Origin: an uncultured Oscillospiraceae bacterium
GTDB lineage: Bacteria > Bacillota > Clostridia > Oscillospirales > Ruminococcaceae
DNA: 55,936 bases
Assembly (NCBI GenBank): GCA_964458545.1
Contig: CAYWJF010000002.1
Span: 3,504 to 59,439 of the forward strand
Direction: 5' to 3'
A model generated the notes under the pieces. That model was not told the origin of the DNA. It searched no databases and saw only the letters and a program-made list of their open reading frames with translations. The first letter of the stretch is position 1, and each line of letters starts with the position of its first letter. Shown piece after piece: positions 19,208 to 28,403 of the stretch. A program made the position numbers and the translations under genes.

Positions 19208-20761
19208 TTACTTTTTAAGCTCAATGTCTGCGTCCCTTGTAAACCAAAGCTTGGTGGTTTTAGCGTTTTTAAGCAAACCGCCGCTCTTTTCCATACCCTT
19301 TGCGTAGGGAAGCGCCCACTCGTCATAGAAAGGATAGTGGGTCTGAAGTCGGCTGGTAAAGTCCGCATAAGAACGCCCTTCGTCGGCGGTCCACATTAGC
19401 TCGGACGCGGCGGCGAGGCGGGGGAGTAGGCAGAACCACATTTTTTCTCTGTCGGTGACCCATTCGGTCCAAAGCGCGCACTCCGCGCCGAGGATATTTT
19501 CCTCGTTCCCCTTTTTTACGCCGCGCGGAACAAGGCGAGTCTCGTAGCTTTTCTTTAGCGGGGTCATTGAGTAGGGATAATCGAAGTAGAGCCGCCCAAA
19601 GGGACTTACTATAGTCTTGCGCCCGCAGTTAAGCTCTTTTATGGGCGAGCGGCTCTTCCTCGCGAAGAGCGGCGACCAAAGCTGACTTACCGCGTCTGGG
19701 TCGGTTCGCTTTGTAACGCCGTCGTCCCACACTATCGCGTGTCTGCCCATAGATTTCAAAAAGCCGCACATTACGTTGGACATAAAGCTTTGCAGCTCGT
19801 CCTCGCGGCGTATCCCTAACGCCTTCATTCTCGCCTTGCATTTGGGGCATTTTTTCCATTCGCTCTTTCCCGCCTCGTCTCCGCCGATATGTATATAGCG
19901 GAAGGGGAAAAGCTCCGCAATTTCAAGCAGAAGGCTTTTCATAAACTCAAGCGCGCCGTCGTTTCCCGCGCAGAGTATACGGCTTGAAAACTCCCTTAAG
20001 CCAAATTCGGTAACCACGTCGTGCTGCTTACCCTCGCAGGAGAGCTCGGGATAGCTCGCCGTAATTGCGCAGGTGTGCCCGGGTAGGTCCAGCTCGGGTA
20101 CAATCTCTATTCCGCGGCTTCTCGCGTAGGCGACAAGGCTTTTTATCTCCTTCTTTGTATAGAAGCCGCCGTGTGGCTCGCCGTCCTGAATTTCACCCTC
20201 GCCCTTTTTTACAGCGCTGCTTTTTCTAAAGGAGCCTATCTCGTTAAGCTTCGGAAAGCGCGAGATTTCCACCCGAAAACCTTGGTCGTCCGCTATATGA
20301 AAGTGGAGGCGGTTAAACTTGTAAAAGGAGAGTAGGTCCACCACGCGGTAAACCTCAGTCATAGGAATAAAGTGTCGCGCGACGTCTAAGGACAAGCCGC
20401 GCCAGCCAAAGCGGGGAGAATCGCTTATGTCGCAGAAGGGTATTTTTACTACTCCGCCCGACGCCGTCGCTATCTGTCGCAAGGTCTGTATCGCGAAAAC
20501 CGCCATAGGCTGACTTGTCGCGTATATAGCCGCGCCGCTCTCGTCGCAGAGTATTCTGTACTCCTCTTTGCCTGAAAGAGGTACAAGGCTTATCGTAATG
20601 TCGGCGCGTCGCTCAAGGTCTATGGAACGCGCCGAGGAGTCGAGACTTTTAATAAGCTCAAGTACGCCGGGAATGAGCCTATCGGTAAAAACTTTCATAG
20701 GCGGCTTTACTTCAAAAAACCTATCTTTTATTTCGCATTTAACTGGCTTTGGAATAATCAC
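19208..20761 (-). CDS. GH20 beta-N-acetylhexosaminidase.
   Basis: RGLSLDVARHF, HFHIADDQGFR and catalytic HIGGDE motifs. No signal peptide. GTG start with GAGGTG RBS. Confidence 0.85.
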   Translation of the reverse strand: MIIPKPVKCEIKDRFFEVKPPMKVFTDRLIPGVLELIKSLDSSARSIDLERRADITISLVPLSGKEEYRILCDESGAAIYATSQPMAVFAIQTLRQIATASGGVVKIPFCDISDSPRFGWRGLSLDVARHFIPMTEVYRVVDLLSFYKFNRLHFHIADDQGFRVEISRFPKLNEIGSFRKSSAVKKGEGEIQDGEPHGGFYTKKEIKSLVAYARSRGIEIVPELDLPGHTCAITASYPELSCEGKQHDVVTEFGLREFSSRILCAGNDGALEFMKSLLLEIAELFPFRYIHIGGDEAGKSEWKKCPKCKARMKALGIRREDELQSFMSNVMCGFLKSMGRHAIVWDDGVTKRTDPDAVSQLWSPLFARKSRSPIKELNCGRKTIVSPFGRLYFDYPYSMTPLKKSYETRLVPRGVKKGNEENILGAECALWTEWVTDREKMWFCLLPRLAAASELMWTADEGRSYADFTSRLQTHYPFYDEWALPYAKGMEKSGGLLKNAKTTKLWFTRDADIELKK

Positions 20762-20870
20762 TTAATCACCTCGCGTGTTTGTTAAATATATTTTATCATA
20801 TAAGCAGACGATATTGTATTTATTTCGAGCGGAATTTAAAATAAAGAAAAGAGACGGGAGGTAAGAAAGG

Positions 20871-21629
20871 TTGTTTAAGCTGTTATTAAAGAAAGCCGTG
20901 CCGATACCGAGGATAGAGGATTATGCCTCATATCTGTTTATCGGTCCGCATCCCGACGATATAGAGGTAGCCGCCGCGCCTACCGTGGCGAAGCTTACCG
21001 CGGCGGGAAAGCGGGTGGATTTTCTTATAGCCACCGACGGCTGTATGGGCTCTCTTGACGGGCGGCTATCTGGAAGACGGCTTGCCGAAATACGCAAGGA
21101 AGAAGCGCTCGCTTCCTCAAAGCAGCTTGGCGCGGCAAGCGTGACCTTCCTTGATTTTGAAGACGGCGGAAAGTACTCCGTCGAGGCGCTTTCCGAGGCG
21201 ATAGCGAAGCAGATAGCGAAAATAAAGCCCGAGGTTGTATTTGGTCCCGACCCCGACGTCATCTCGGAAACCCACGCCGACCATATAAAAACGGGAACGG
21301 CGCTAAAATACGCAATGAACCTCTGCCCGTATCCAGCGCTTATGAAGAGCATAGGCGAAAGCGAATACTTTCAGCCGAAGGCTTTTGCCTTCTATTATAC
21401 AGCGCGCCCTAACGCCTACGTTTCAGTGGGGGAGTATTTCGGCGCGAGACGAAAGGCTATGCTTATCCATAAATCTCAGTTTGACGAAAAGACAGTGGAT
21501 GAGTTGGGCGTTTACTTTAAGCTTCGTTCCGTCCGCTTCGGTCTTCGGCGCTTCTGCCGCTACTGCGACGGCTACCGTGTCTTGGCTCCCATACACGCGC
21601 ATTGCTTCCCAGAAGCCTCGGAATTTTAA
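20871..21629 (+). CDS. PIG-L/LmbE-family N-acetylglucosaminyl deacetylase.
   Basis: GPHPDDIE zinc motif and HADH. TTG start with GGGAGG 9 nt upstream. Confidence 0.8.
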   Translation: MFKLLLKKAVPIPRIEDYASYLFIGPHPDDIEVAAAPTVAKLTAAGKRVDFLIATDGCMGSLDGRLSGRRLAEIRKEEALASSKQLGAASVTFLDFEDGGKYSVEALSEAIAKQIAKIKPEVVFGPDPDVISETHADHIKTGTALKYAMNLCPYPALMKSIGESEYFQPKAFAFYYTARPNAYVSVGEYFGARRKAMLIHKSQFDEKTVDELGVYFKLRSVRFGLRRFCRYCDGYRVLAPIHAHCFPEASEF

Positions 21630-21635
21630 ACAGAC

Positions 21636-21666
21636 AAAAAGGCGGCGCCGTCGGCGCCGCCTTTAA
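21636..21666. terminator. Bidirectional GC-rich hairpin between the convergent PIG-L and GGDEF-EAL genes.
   Basis: AAAAAGGCGGCGCCG-t-CGGCGCCGCCTTT read directly. Confidence 0.65.
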
Positions 21667-21675
21667 TATTGTTGC

Positions 21676-24600
21676 TTAGAAAGAAATATACTTTTCTTCG
21701 AAATCCTCTGGCGGTATGGGCTTGTTGAAGTAGTAGCCCTGCGCGATTACGCAGCCGAGGTCTTTTAATGTATTTAGCTGCTCTGCGGTTTCCACCCCCT
21801 CCGCGACGCTTATCATATTCGTTTCGCGGCAAAGGCGTATTGTGTTCTCCACAATTATCTTGCTCATTCGGTTGGTGACGATATCGCTTATTATCGACTT
21901 GTCTAACTTTAAAGAGCGGAAACGTATGGCGGAAAGCACCGAAAGACTTGAATACTCCGAGCCGAAGTCGTCAAGGGAGAGCTGGAAGCCCTGCTTTATA
22001 AACTGCTCGCAGGCGTTTGAAACTGTCGCGCGTTCTATATTGCCTATGCTTTCGGTTATCTCTATTTCTATCATCTCGAGCGGAATATCGTAGCGCGAGA
22101 AGACATCCAGCGCGTAGGCGAGCGACGAGGGGTCAAGAAGGGTATCGCGCGAGAAGTTTACCGATACGGGCAGTATGCGCTTACCCGCCTTTCTCCAACC
22201 GTCAAGTATTTTAAGGGTGCGTTCAAGCACGAAGAAATCGATATGCTTTATAACCTGCTCGCGCTCAAACAAGGGGATGAACTTGTCGGGCGAAACTATG
22301 CCCTTACTTTCGTCGAAAAGACGCACAAGCGCCTCGGCGCCAACTATTCTTCCCGTTTCTATATCCGCTTTAGGCTGTAGGTAAACGCGGTACATACCGT
22401 CGTTAATGGACTGTTGTAAAGAGCGCAGTATCTTCGGGCGCTCACGGCTTCCGATATCCTCCTCGCGGCGGTAATGCTCCTGCTTTTCAAGGTGCATAAG
22501 GCTTTCGGCGTGGTCAACCATCTTTAGCGCGTTAATGTCGGAGTCCGACCAGGTGGAGCCTATGCTTACCGTTCCGGGATGGGTAAATTCAAGTCCGGTT
22601 CTAAGCTTTTCGGTGAGCGCGTTAAATTCTTCGTGACCTATATTCTTCGCGAGCGCGACAAATTCGTCACCCGAAATACGGTAGACGTTATCGCCGCCGA
22701 ACACCTCGCGCAGCTCGCCGCTTACGAACATAATTATACCGTCGCCAAACTCTGTTCCGTGCAGCTTATTCAATACGTTAAGCCCGTTAACGTCCGCGAA
22801 CGCTACGCCTAAGGAGGAAAGCTTGTCGGGAACTATCGTTGTTACGTCGCGCCAATAACGCGTACGGTTCAAAAGCTTTGTCTGTGGGTCGAAATCGAAA
22901 TGCTGGTTTTCGGGTTCGGTATGCTTTAGGTTGCGTAGCACCGATAGCAGCGACGAAAGGGAATAGATAAGCGCGATATCGTCGTTATGCTTGGTCGGGT
23001 TATCTATGCAGATGAAGCCCACAACCTTGCCGTTCTTCATAACGGGCGAAGCGATAAAGGTTTTCTCCGACGTGGTTTCCTCGCTTTGCTTATTCACCGA
23101 TTGAAGAATTATCGTGTGAAGGGTATCGTACGCCTTCTTTACGGCGGGAAGCTTCGATATCGGCACATTCTTGGTAAGGTCGAGCGTCGGGCGGTACATA
23201 CTCTTGCGCCATTCGTGAAGACCGTTAACCGTCTTGTTGTCCTTAGCTATGTCGAGTATATAAATGCGGTCGCATTTGTAATACTTCGCCGTTTCCTCCA
23301 GCACGCCCTTCATAGCGGCATCGGTATCCGTCGCGTTCGCAAGGTGCGACGCGCAGTTGAAGAAGGAGGTCAGCATTGTCTCGTCGTGGCGGTTGCTGTT
23401 AACCGTAAATTCCTTTTCAATAAAGCGACCCTCTGAAAGAATGAGGAAGGACGCTTCGTCAGAGTATTCCTTCTGAGCGTCGAAGAGCGCGAACTGGTTG
23501 CCCTTAAGCTGGCGCTTGTTATGCTCAAGCGCGCTGTCTGCGCTGTCATAAAGGGTACTGAAGGTAGCGTCGTTATAGCTTAGAACCGAAATACCGACAG
23601 AGAAATCAATGCTTTCCTTTACGTCCGCGCCGATAACGCAGGTTTGAATAGTATTAATAATTTCCTTTGAGCGAAGCTCAGCGTCCGAAGCGGAAAGCAC
23701 CGAGGGAAGGAAGATAGCAAAGCGGTCGTCGCGCATTCTTCCCACCACGCCCGTGTTATCGAACAAGAGCTTGAATAAACGCCCGATAAGCGAGATTATT
23801 CTGCTCGCAACGTTTATTCCTACGTTCTCTTTTATCTGGTTAATGCCGTTAATATCAATAAGCAGGAAGGCGCAAAGACGGTTTCTTTCCTTCTCTGTAT
23901 CCACAAGGTTGGAAACAAATATCTTTACCGATTCCTTAGTGTAAACCATAGCGTTGGAGTCGTGCTCGACCTTCTGAGGAAGCGCGAGCTCAAACTCTTT
24001 TATCTCGTTTATCGCAAGGGTATAAACGAAGGCGTAAAGGTCGCCCGTGAGCGGGTCGCTAATAAGGTGGGCAAGAATAGAATACCACTTTATCTTACCC
24101 GCGCGGTCCTTGCGCTTATAATCAAAAGAGAACCAGTGGTTGCCCTTTTCGTAGCTCGTAACAAGCGACTTCATCGCGAACTTCTTAGTGAAGCTGTATT
24201 TGTCCTCTTCACCGAAAACACCCTTTTCGGTGACTCTTATAAGCTCGCTTACGCTTCTGTCAGAGAGTAGCGAAAGACGGTCATCTCCCTCAAAGAAGAA
24301 AACGTCAACACGGTTCTTTGTAAGGTTGGCGTGAGCTACCGAGAACAGCTTATCGCGAAGCGCCGTCTCAAGAAGACACTCCTGCTGGAATATCGTGCGC
24401 TCGTCAACAATATTCGGAAGCTTTTCTGAAGTGCCCACCGCTTTAATGGGTCTTCCAGCTTCGTCGAAGACTACCCGATAGGAAAGCTTAGACCATACAT
24501 ACTGTCCCGCGCTGTTGCGGATAATAAGCGCGTAAGAGCCGCTCTTCGCGCCCTTGAAGAGCGCGCGAACATATTCCTTAAACTCCTTAACGGAGTCTGG

Positions 24601-25650
24601 GTGAATAAGCCCCTCGCTAATAAGGGTGCTGTCGAAATTGTCGTAGGCTAAAACGCTTATCTTGTAGTCGTCAAACGGCTCCCAAAGGGTAAGCGAACGG
24701 GTTTCGAGGTCTATTTCAAAAATAGAGGTATTAAGCAGCGAAAAAGCAAGGTTCATCCTGTCGTTCGCAAGGCGTAGCTCGGTTTCGCGCTCCTTAAGCT
24801 CGGTAATATCTGTAATAACGGCGATAAAAACAGGGAATTCCGACTTGTCATAGGGTATCTTCACCGCGCGTACGTGGTGCCATTTTTGCATACCGTTGTA
24901 GTTTGCGCGGTAGGAAAAATCGAGAACCTCATTGCGCTTCGCGGAGCGCTCAACCTTGAGTACAAGCTGACCGTAATCAAACGGGTCGATTATCTTTGTG
25001 GGCTCAAGCTCATAGCGGGAAAGCTCCTGCTTAGTAAGCCCAGTCATTCTAAAGTAGCTTTCGCTCGTATAAAGCAGCGAAAGGCGTCCGTTCTTCTTTG
25101 CCTCCACCATCATTACGCCCGCCGCCATATATGATGTGAGCGCTTGTAGCTGAATATCCGCCGAGGCGTCAGTTATATTAAGCTCGCGTATTGTTCCTAT
25201 CGCGCGGCGAAGCTTGCCTGTGTCGCTCATAAAGTATGTAATGGTAACGCGGCATATAGCGTAGATGCCCGTTTTCTTCTTCAAACGCAGGGTTATTTCA
25301 AAGCGCGGACTTTTCTTTTTTATGCAAATCTGCATTTCGTCAACGAGCCGCTTGCGGTCGTCGGCGTGTACGGCATCCTCCGAAACGCGGTTTTCAAAAA
25401 CGTCGGGGACTGAGCTGTCAAATAAGACGTATTCCGAGGCGCTGTCACTGGTGGTCGCTTGACCGGTATCGAGGTTCCAATCGAAGATAACGGGACGGAT
25501 ACCCTCTACAAGAAGCATATTTATAGCGTCGCTGTTCTGGTCGGCGCTCGCTTCGCTTCCGGCAACGTTTTTAAACTTGTCAGTAAGCCCATTTAGCTGT
25601 TCGGCGGGCTTACGGGCGTTTTTCTTTTTTGTGTTGTCGGAAACGCTCAT
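21676..25650 (-). CDS. 1324-aa cytoplasmic c-di-GMP signalling protein: PAS/PAC repeats, degenerate GGDEF, GAF-like, SGDEF, EAL.
   Basis: First cyclase-like domain has RDDRF in place of GGDEF. The second has SGDEF. The EAL domain has EALVRL, DDFGSEYSS, KLDKSII, AEGVET and QGYYFNKP. RBS GGAGGA. Confidence 0.85.
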   Translation of the reverse strand: MSVSDNTKKKNARKPAEQLNGLTDKFKNVAGSEASADQNSDAINMLLVEGIRPVIFDWNLDTGQATTSDSASEYVLFDSSVPDVFENRVSEDAVHADDRKRLVDEMQICIKKKSPRFEITLRLKKKTGIYAICRVTITYFMSDTGKLRRAIGTIRELNITDASADIQLQALTSYMAAGVMMVEAKKNGRLSLLYTSESYFRMTGLTKQELSRYELEPTKIIDPFDYGQLVLKVERSAKRNEVLDFSYRANYNGMQKWHHVRAVKIPYDKSEFPVFIAVITDITELKERETELRLANDRMNLAFSLLNTSIFEIDLETRSLTLWEPFDDYKISVLAYDNFDSTLISEGLIHPDSVKEFKEYVRALFKGAKSGSYALIIRNSAGQYVWSKLSYRVVFDEAGRPIKAVGTSEKLPNIVDERTIFQQECLLETALRDKLFSVAHANLTKNRVDVFFFEGDDRLSLLSDRSVSELIRVTEKGVFGEEDKYSFTKKFAMKSLVTSYEKGNHWFSFDYKRKDRAGKIKWYSILAHLISDPLTGDLYAFVYTLAINEIKEFELALPQKVEHDSNAMVYTKESVKIFVSNLVDTEKERNRLCAFLLIDINGINQIKENVGINVASRIISLIGRLFKLLFDNTGVVGRMRDDRFAIFLPSVLSASDAELRSKEIINTIQTCVIGADVKESIDFSVGISVLSYNDATFSTLYDSADSALEHNKRQLKGNQFALFDAQKEYSDEASFLILSEGRFIEKEFTVNSNRHDETMLTSFFNCASHLANATDTDAAMKGVLEETAKYYKCDRIYILDIAKDNKTVNGLHEWRKSMYRPTLDLTKNVPISKLPAVKKAYDTLHTIILQSVNKQSEETTSEKTFIASPVMKNGKVVGFICIDNPTKHNDDIALIYSLSSLLSVLRNLKHTEPENQHFDFDPQTKLLNRTRYWRDVTTIVPDKLSSLGVAFADVNGLNVLNKLHGTEFGDGIIMFVSGELREVFGGDNVYRISGDEFVALAKNIGHEEFNALTEKLRTGLEFTHPGTVSIGSTWSDSDINALKMVDHAESLMHLEKQEHYRREEDIGSRERPKILRSLQQSINDGMYRVYLQPKADIETGRIVGAEALVRLFDESKGIVSPDKFIPLFEREQVIKHIDFFVLERTLKILDGWRKAGKRILPVSVNFSRDTLLDPSSLAYALDVFSRYDIPLEMIEIEITESIGNIERATVSNACEQFIKQGFQLSLDDFGSEYSSLSVLSAIRFRSLKLDKSIISDIVTNRMSKIIVENTIRLCRETNMISVAEGVETAEQLNTLKDLGCVIAQGYYFNKPIPPEDFEEKYISF

Positions 25651-25894
25651 TCTTTCCTCCGTTTCTCGTTAAGCGAGAAAGCCTTGTACCGCTTAAGAAG
25701 AACTGCTTTCATATGATAGTTTTGCGAAAAAATGCGAATGGTTAAAAGTGCCAAAAAATCGCTACGCCAAATTACGCAGTATATATATTATGCCATACTT
25801 TTACTAAATTTTCACTACTTTTTGTATAATTTTTAAAATAATCATAAAATATCAAACTTTTTTACGAAAATTTTCTACTAAATGTTTGACAAAT

Positions 25895-25923
25895 ATCAAA
25901 AAGCGGAGCAAAGCTCCGCTTTT
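25895..25923 (-). terminator. Intrinsic terminator after the 5'-nucleotidase gene.
   Basis: AGCGGAGC-aaa-GCTCCGCT; on the minus strand it is followed by TTTTTGATATTT. Confidence 0.65.
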
Positions 25924-25947
25924 CTATGTGTTTTGTGACTAAAAACG

Positions 25948-27414
25948 TCAATCTTTAAGTATAACTAAGCGCCCTTCCACGTCGGAATCAAGCCCGTTTG
26001 AATTGACAAGTAGCTCCTCGAATATGCAGAAGCAGGAGGTTGCTACCATTCGGGGTTTACGGTTCTTCTCCACCTCGGCGAGAGGAAGGTTAAAGAATTC
26101 GTCGAAACTCGCGTAGTGATACTTTTGAAGGGCAATTTTTATGCGGTCTTTAGGAAGTATTTCTTTTCCGTTGAGCTTGAACTCGTCGAAGCATTGGCGC
26201 TTTCTCGACCAGACCGCCCGCATACCCTTGGAAAGCTGATAGAACTCGGTATGGTCGCCCTCATACGCCTCCTCGCGAAGGACGAAGGCGAGCATTCGCT
26301 TAAACTGGTCGCCCGTAACCTCAAGCATATATATAGGGTCGTCGTAGGGACAGCATTCCTGTAAATCCTGATAGGTCACGATGGGTCCCATAGCCTTCTT
26401 GCGGATACTACCTGAACCGTATAGCATAACGTCGAAGGAGGAATCCACCTGCAAAAGGTCTGCGAAAAGATTGCCAAGCGAGGTTTCTTCCGTGCGCGCG
26501 GGGTGGGTAAGCTCCTTTGCAAGGCGCGTGATTATGCGGGAATACTTTTCGTCGGTTTTAGTCTTATAGACATTAAGCACCTCCTCCATAACCGCGTCGT
26601 TTGGACAATGGGAGCTGTCTATAGGTACACACTGCCACTTCTCGGAAAGCACCTTCTTCTTGTCGGTGTCGAATTCAATATCCATCCGTCCAATTAGGTC
26701 GGTGCCTGTGCCCGCTTGAACTATCCTTATACCGTTTACCTCAAGGGGCTTATCAATTACGGTGTGGGAGTGTCCTCCGATTATGAGGTCAACGCGAAGC
26801 TCTTTATCGAGGAGCGCCGCGAGCTTCTTGTCCTCCTCAATTCCTATGTGGGTGAGAATAACCGTGTAGTCAATCTTTGTGGTTTTGTAGTTGTCGCAGA
26901 TAACGCCTATCTCCTTCGCCGCCTCGCGCACGTCCACGAAGGAGCCGATAACCGCCTCGTTCTTCGTCTGGGCGAGCACCTCCTCGGTAATTATGCCGAT
27001 AAACATTATGTTTAGTCCGTCAACCTCGAGAATTTTATACGGTGTGAAGAGGCGGACGTGGTTGGTTTTAATAAAGAGGTTTGCGTTTATTATTGGAAAT
27101 TTCGCGCATTTTTCAAGAAAAAGCAGGTGCGCCACGCCGTAATCGGTCTCGTGGTTGCCGAGCGTCGCGATATCGGGGGAGAGCATATTCATAATCTCTA
27201 TCGTTGAAATGCCCTTAAACTCGCTGTCGATAATAGAGCCCTTGAACATATCGCCCGCTATTGCGTATAAAACGTTCTTCTCTTTCTTTCGCACCGTGTT
27301 AAGATAGCCCGAAAGCATAGATACCCCGCCCACAAGCTTTTTTTCAATCGTCTCGGCGAGAAAATCTCCGTGCATATCGTTTGAGTGAAGAAGCGTCAGC
27401 TTTTTTACAGACAT
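25948..27414 (-). CDS. Bifunctional metallophosphatase/5'-nucleotidase family protein (no signal peptide).
   Basis: LLHSNDMHG, GDMFKGS, GNHETDYG and GGHSHT metallophosphoesterase motifs plus a C-terminal 5'-nucleotidase domain. Confidence 0.8.
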   Translation of the reverse strand: MSVKKLTLLHSNDMHGDFLAETIEKKLVGGVSMLSGYLNTVRKKEKNVLYAIAGDMFKGSIIDSEFKGISTIEIMNMLSPDIATLGNHETDYGVAHLLFLEKCAKFPIINANLFIKTNHVRLFTPYKILEVDGLNIMFIGIITEEVLAQTKNEAVIGSFVDVREAAKEIGVICDNYKTTKIDYTVILTHIGIEEDKKLAALLDKELRVDLIIGGHSHTVIDKPLEVNGIRIVQAGTGTDLIGRMDIEFDTDKKKVLSEKWQCVPIDSSHCPNDAVMEEVLNVYKTKTDEKYSRIITRLAKELTHPARTEETSLGNLFADLLQVDSSFDVMLYGSGSIRKKAMGPIVTYQDLQECCPYDDPIYMLEVTGDQFKRMLAFVLREEAYEGDHTEFYQLSKGMRAVWSRKRQCFDEFKLNGKEILPKDRIKIALQKYHYASFDEFFNLPLAEVEKNRKPRMVATSCFCIFEELLVNSNGLDSDVEGRLVILKD

Positions 27415-27429
27415 ATGGCGTTCTCCTTA

Positions 27430-28383
27430 CTATTTTTTTGAGTTGTGTAAAACCACCTGCGTAAAGGGAATTTCCACCTTGTTTTTATCAAATAAAAGCT
27501 TTATCTCGCGGTTTAGACAGCGCTGAGCGGTATAGAGGTTTTCCTCCTTGCAGCGCGCGATTATGCGAAGTATAACAGCCGAGTCTCCAAGCTCCTGAAC
27601 ACCGCGGTATTCGGGCGCGCTCACGAAGATATCGGGATTATCCGCCAGCATCTTCGGGAACGCTGAAAGAAGCAGCTTTTCAACGCGCTCAATGCTCTCG
27701 TCGTAGCTTATGCCTACGTCCGCCAACGCGAGTGAAATATTCTTTGAGCGGTTTTGAAGGTTACGAATATCCGAGTTGTTAACTATTTTTAAGTTTCCGC
27801 CGTCATCCTCTATCGCCGTTGTGCGGACACCTATCTTTTTTACCGTTCCGCGGAAATCATCGAGTATAATTATGTCGCCTATGTTGTACTGTCCCTCAAA
27901 GATTATGAACACGCCCGTAATTACGTCTTCAATAAGGCTCTGCGCGCCGAAGCCGACGACAAGAGAGAGAATACCGAGACTTGCGAAGATACCAGTGAGG
28001 TTTACGCCGAGAATGGAAAGCCCCCAGACGATAATTACAAGGACGCTCGCGTATTTCACCACGCTTAAAAGAAGGCTTGCGACGGTAAGACTGCGGTTTG
28101 TTTTACGCATACAGCGCTTAATTATTATATTAAGTATGTTTGTAATAAGTAGCACCGTCGCTACCGCCGCGATAAGGTTGAAGATTGTGGGAAGGGTAAT
28201 AAACATCAATCCCTTCTCGCCGCTATCGCTGTAAAACGCGCTGTGGGTCGCGGATTTTATCGCCGCGACAGTTTCGTCGCTTAAAAACGGTATCCATTGC
28301 GGGTTAAAGACGACAAGTAGTATCCCCACAAGGATAACAAGGAAGATAACCTGCTTAGAAATATTTCTGCTAAAAACTTTCAT
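27430..28383 (-). CDS. Mechanosensitive ion channel, MscS family.
   Basis: 3-4 TM, then the conserved GDIIILDDFRGTVKKIGVRTT beta-domain. Confidence 0.85.
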   Translation of the reverse strand: MKVFSRNISKQVIFLVILVGILLVVFNPQWIPFLSDETVAAIKSATHSAFYSDSGEKGLMFITLPTIFNLIAAVATVLLITNILNIIIKRCMRKTNRSLTVASLLLSVVKYASVLVIIVWGLSILGVNLTGIFASLGILSLVVGFGAQSLIEDVITGVFIIFEGQYNIGDIIILDDFRGTVKKIGVRTTAIEDDGGNLKIVNNSDIRNLQNRSKNISLALADVGISYDESIERVEKLLLSAFPKMLADNPDIFVSAPEYRGVQELGDSAVILRIIARCKEENLYTAQRCLNREIKLLFDKNKVEIPFTQVVLHNSKK

Positions 28384-28403
28384 TTTCGCTCCCTCTCGAA
28401 TAA

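Noticed and set aside
21385-21666. 93-aa + strand ORF ending in a poly-Arg tail (KRRRRRRRL).
   Set aside because: It is out of frame inside the PIG-L deacetylase gene and runs through the GC-rich terminator hairpin. The poly-Arg simply reflects translation of the CGGCGCCG stem.
25651-25947. Long AT-rich leader of the GGDEF-EAL gene, and the 14329-14500 intergenic region, as possible riboswitches (including c-di-GMP classes).
   Set aside because: I could not find any conserved core of a riboswitch class I know (GEMM-I/II, SAM, TPP, FMN, purine, glycine, T-box). Only promoter-like AT-rich sequence and short trivial hairpins are present. This is left unassigned rather than called.
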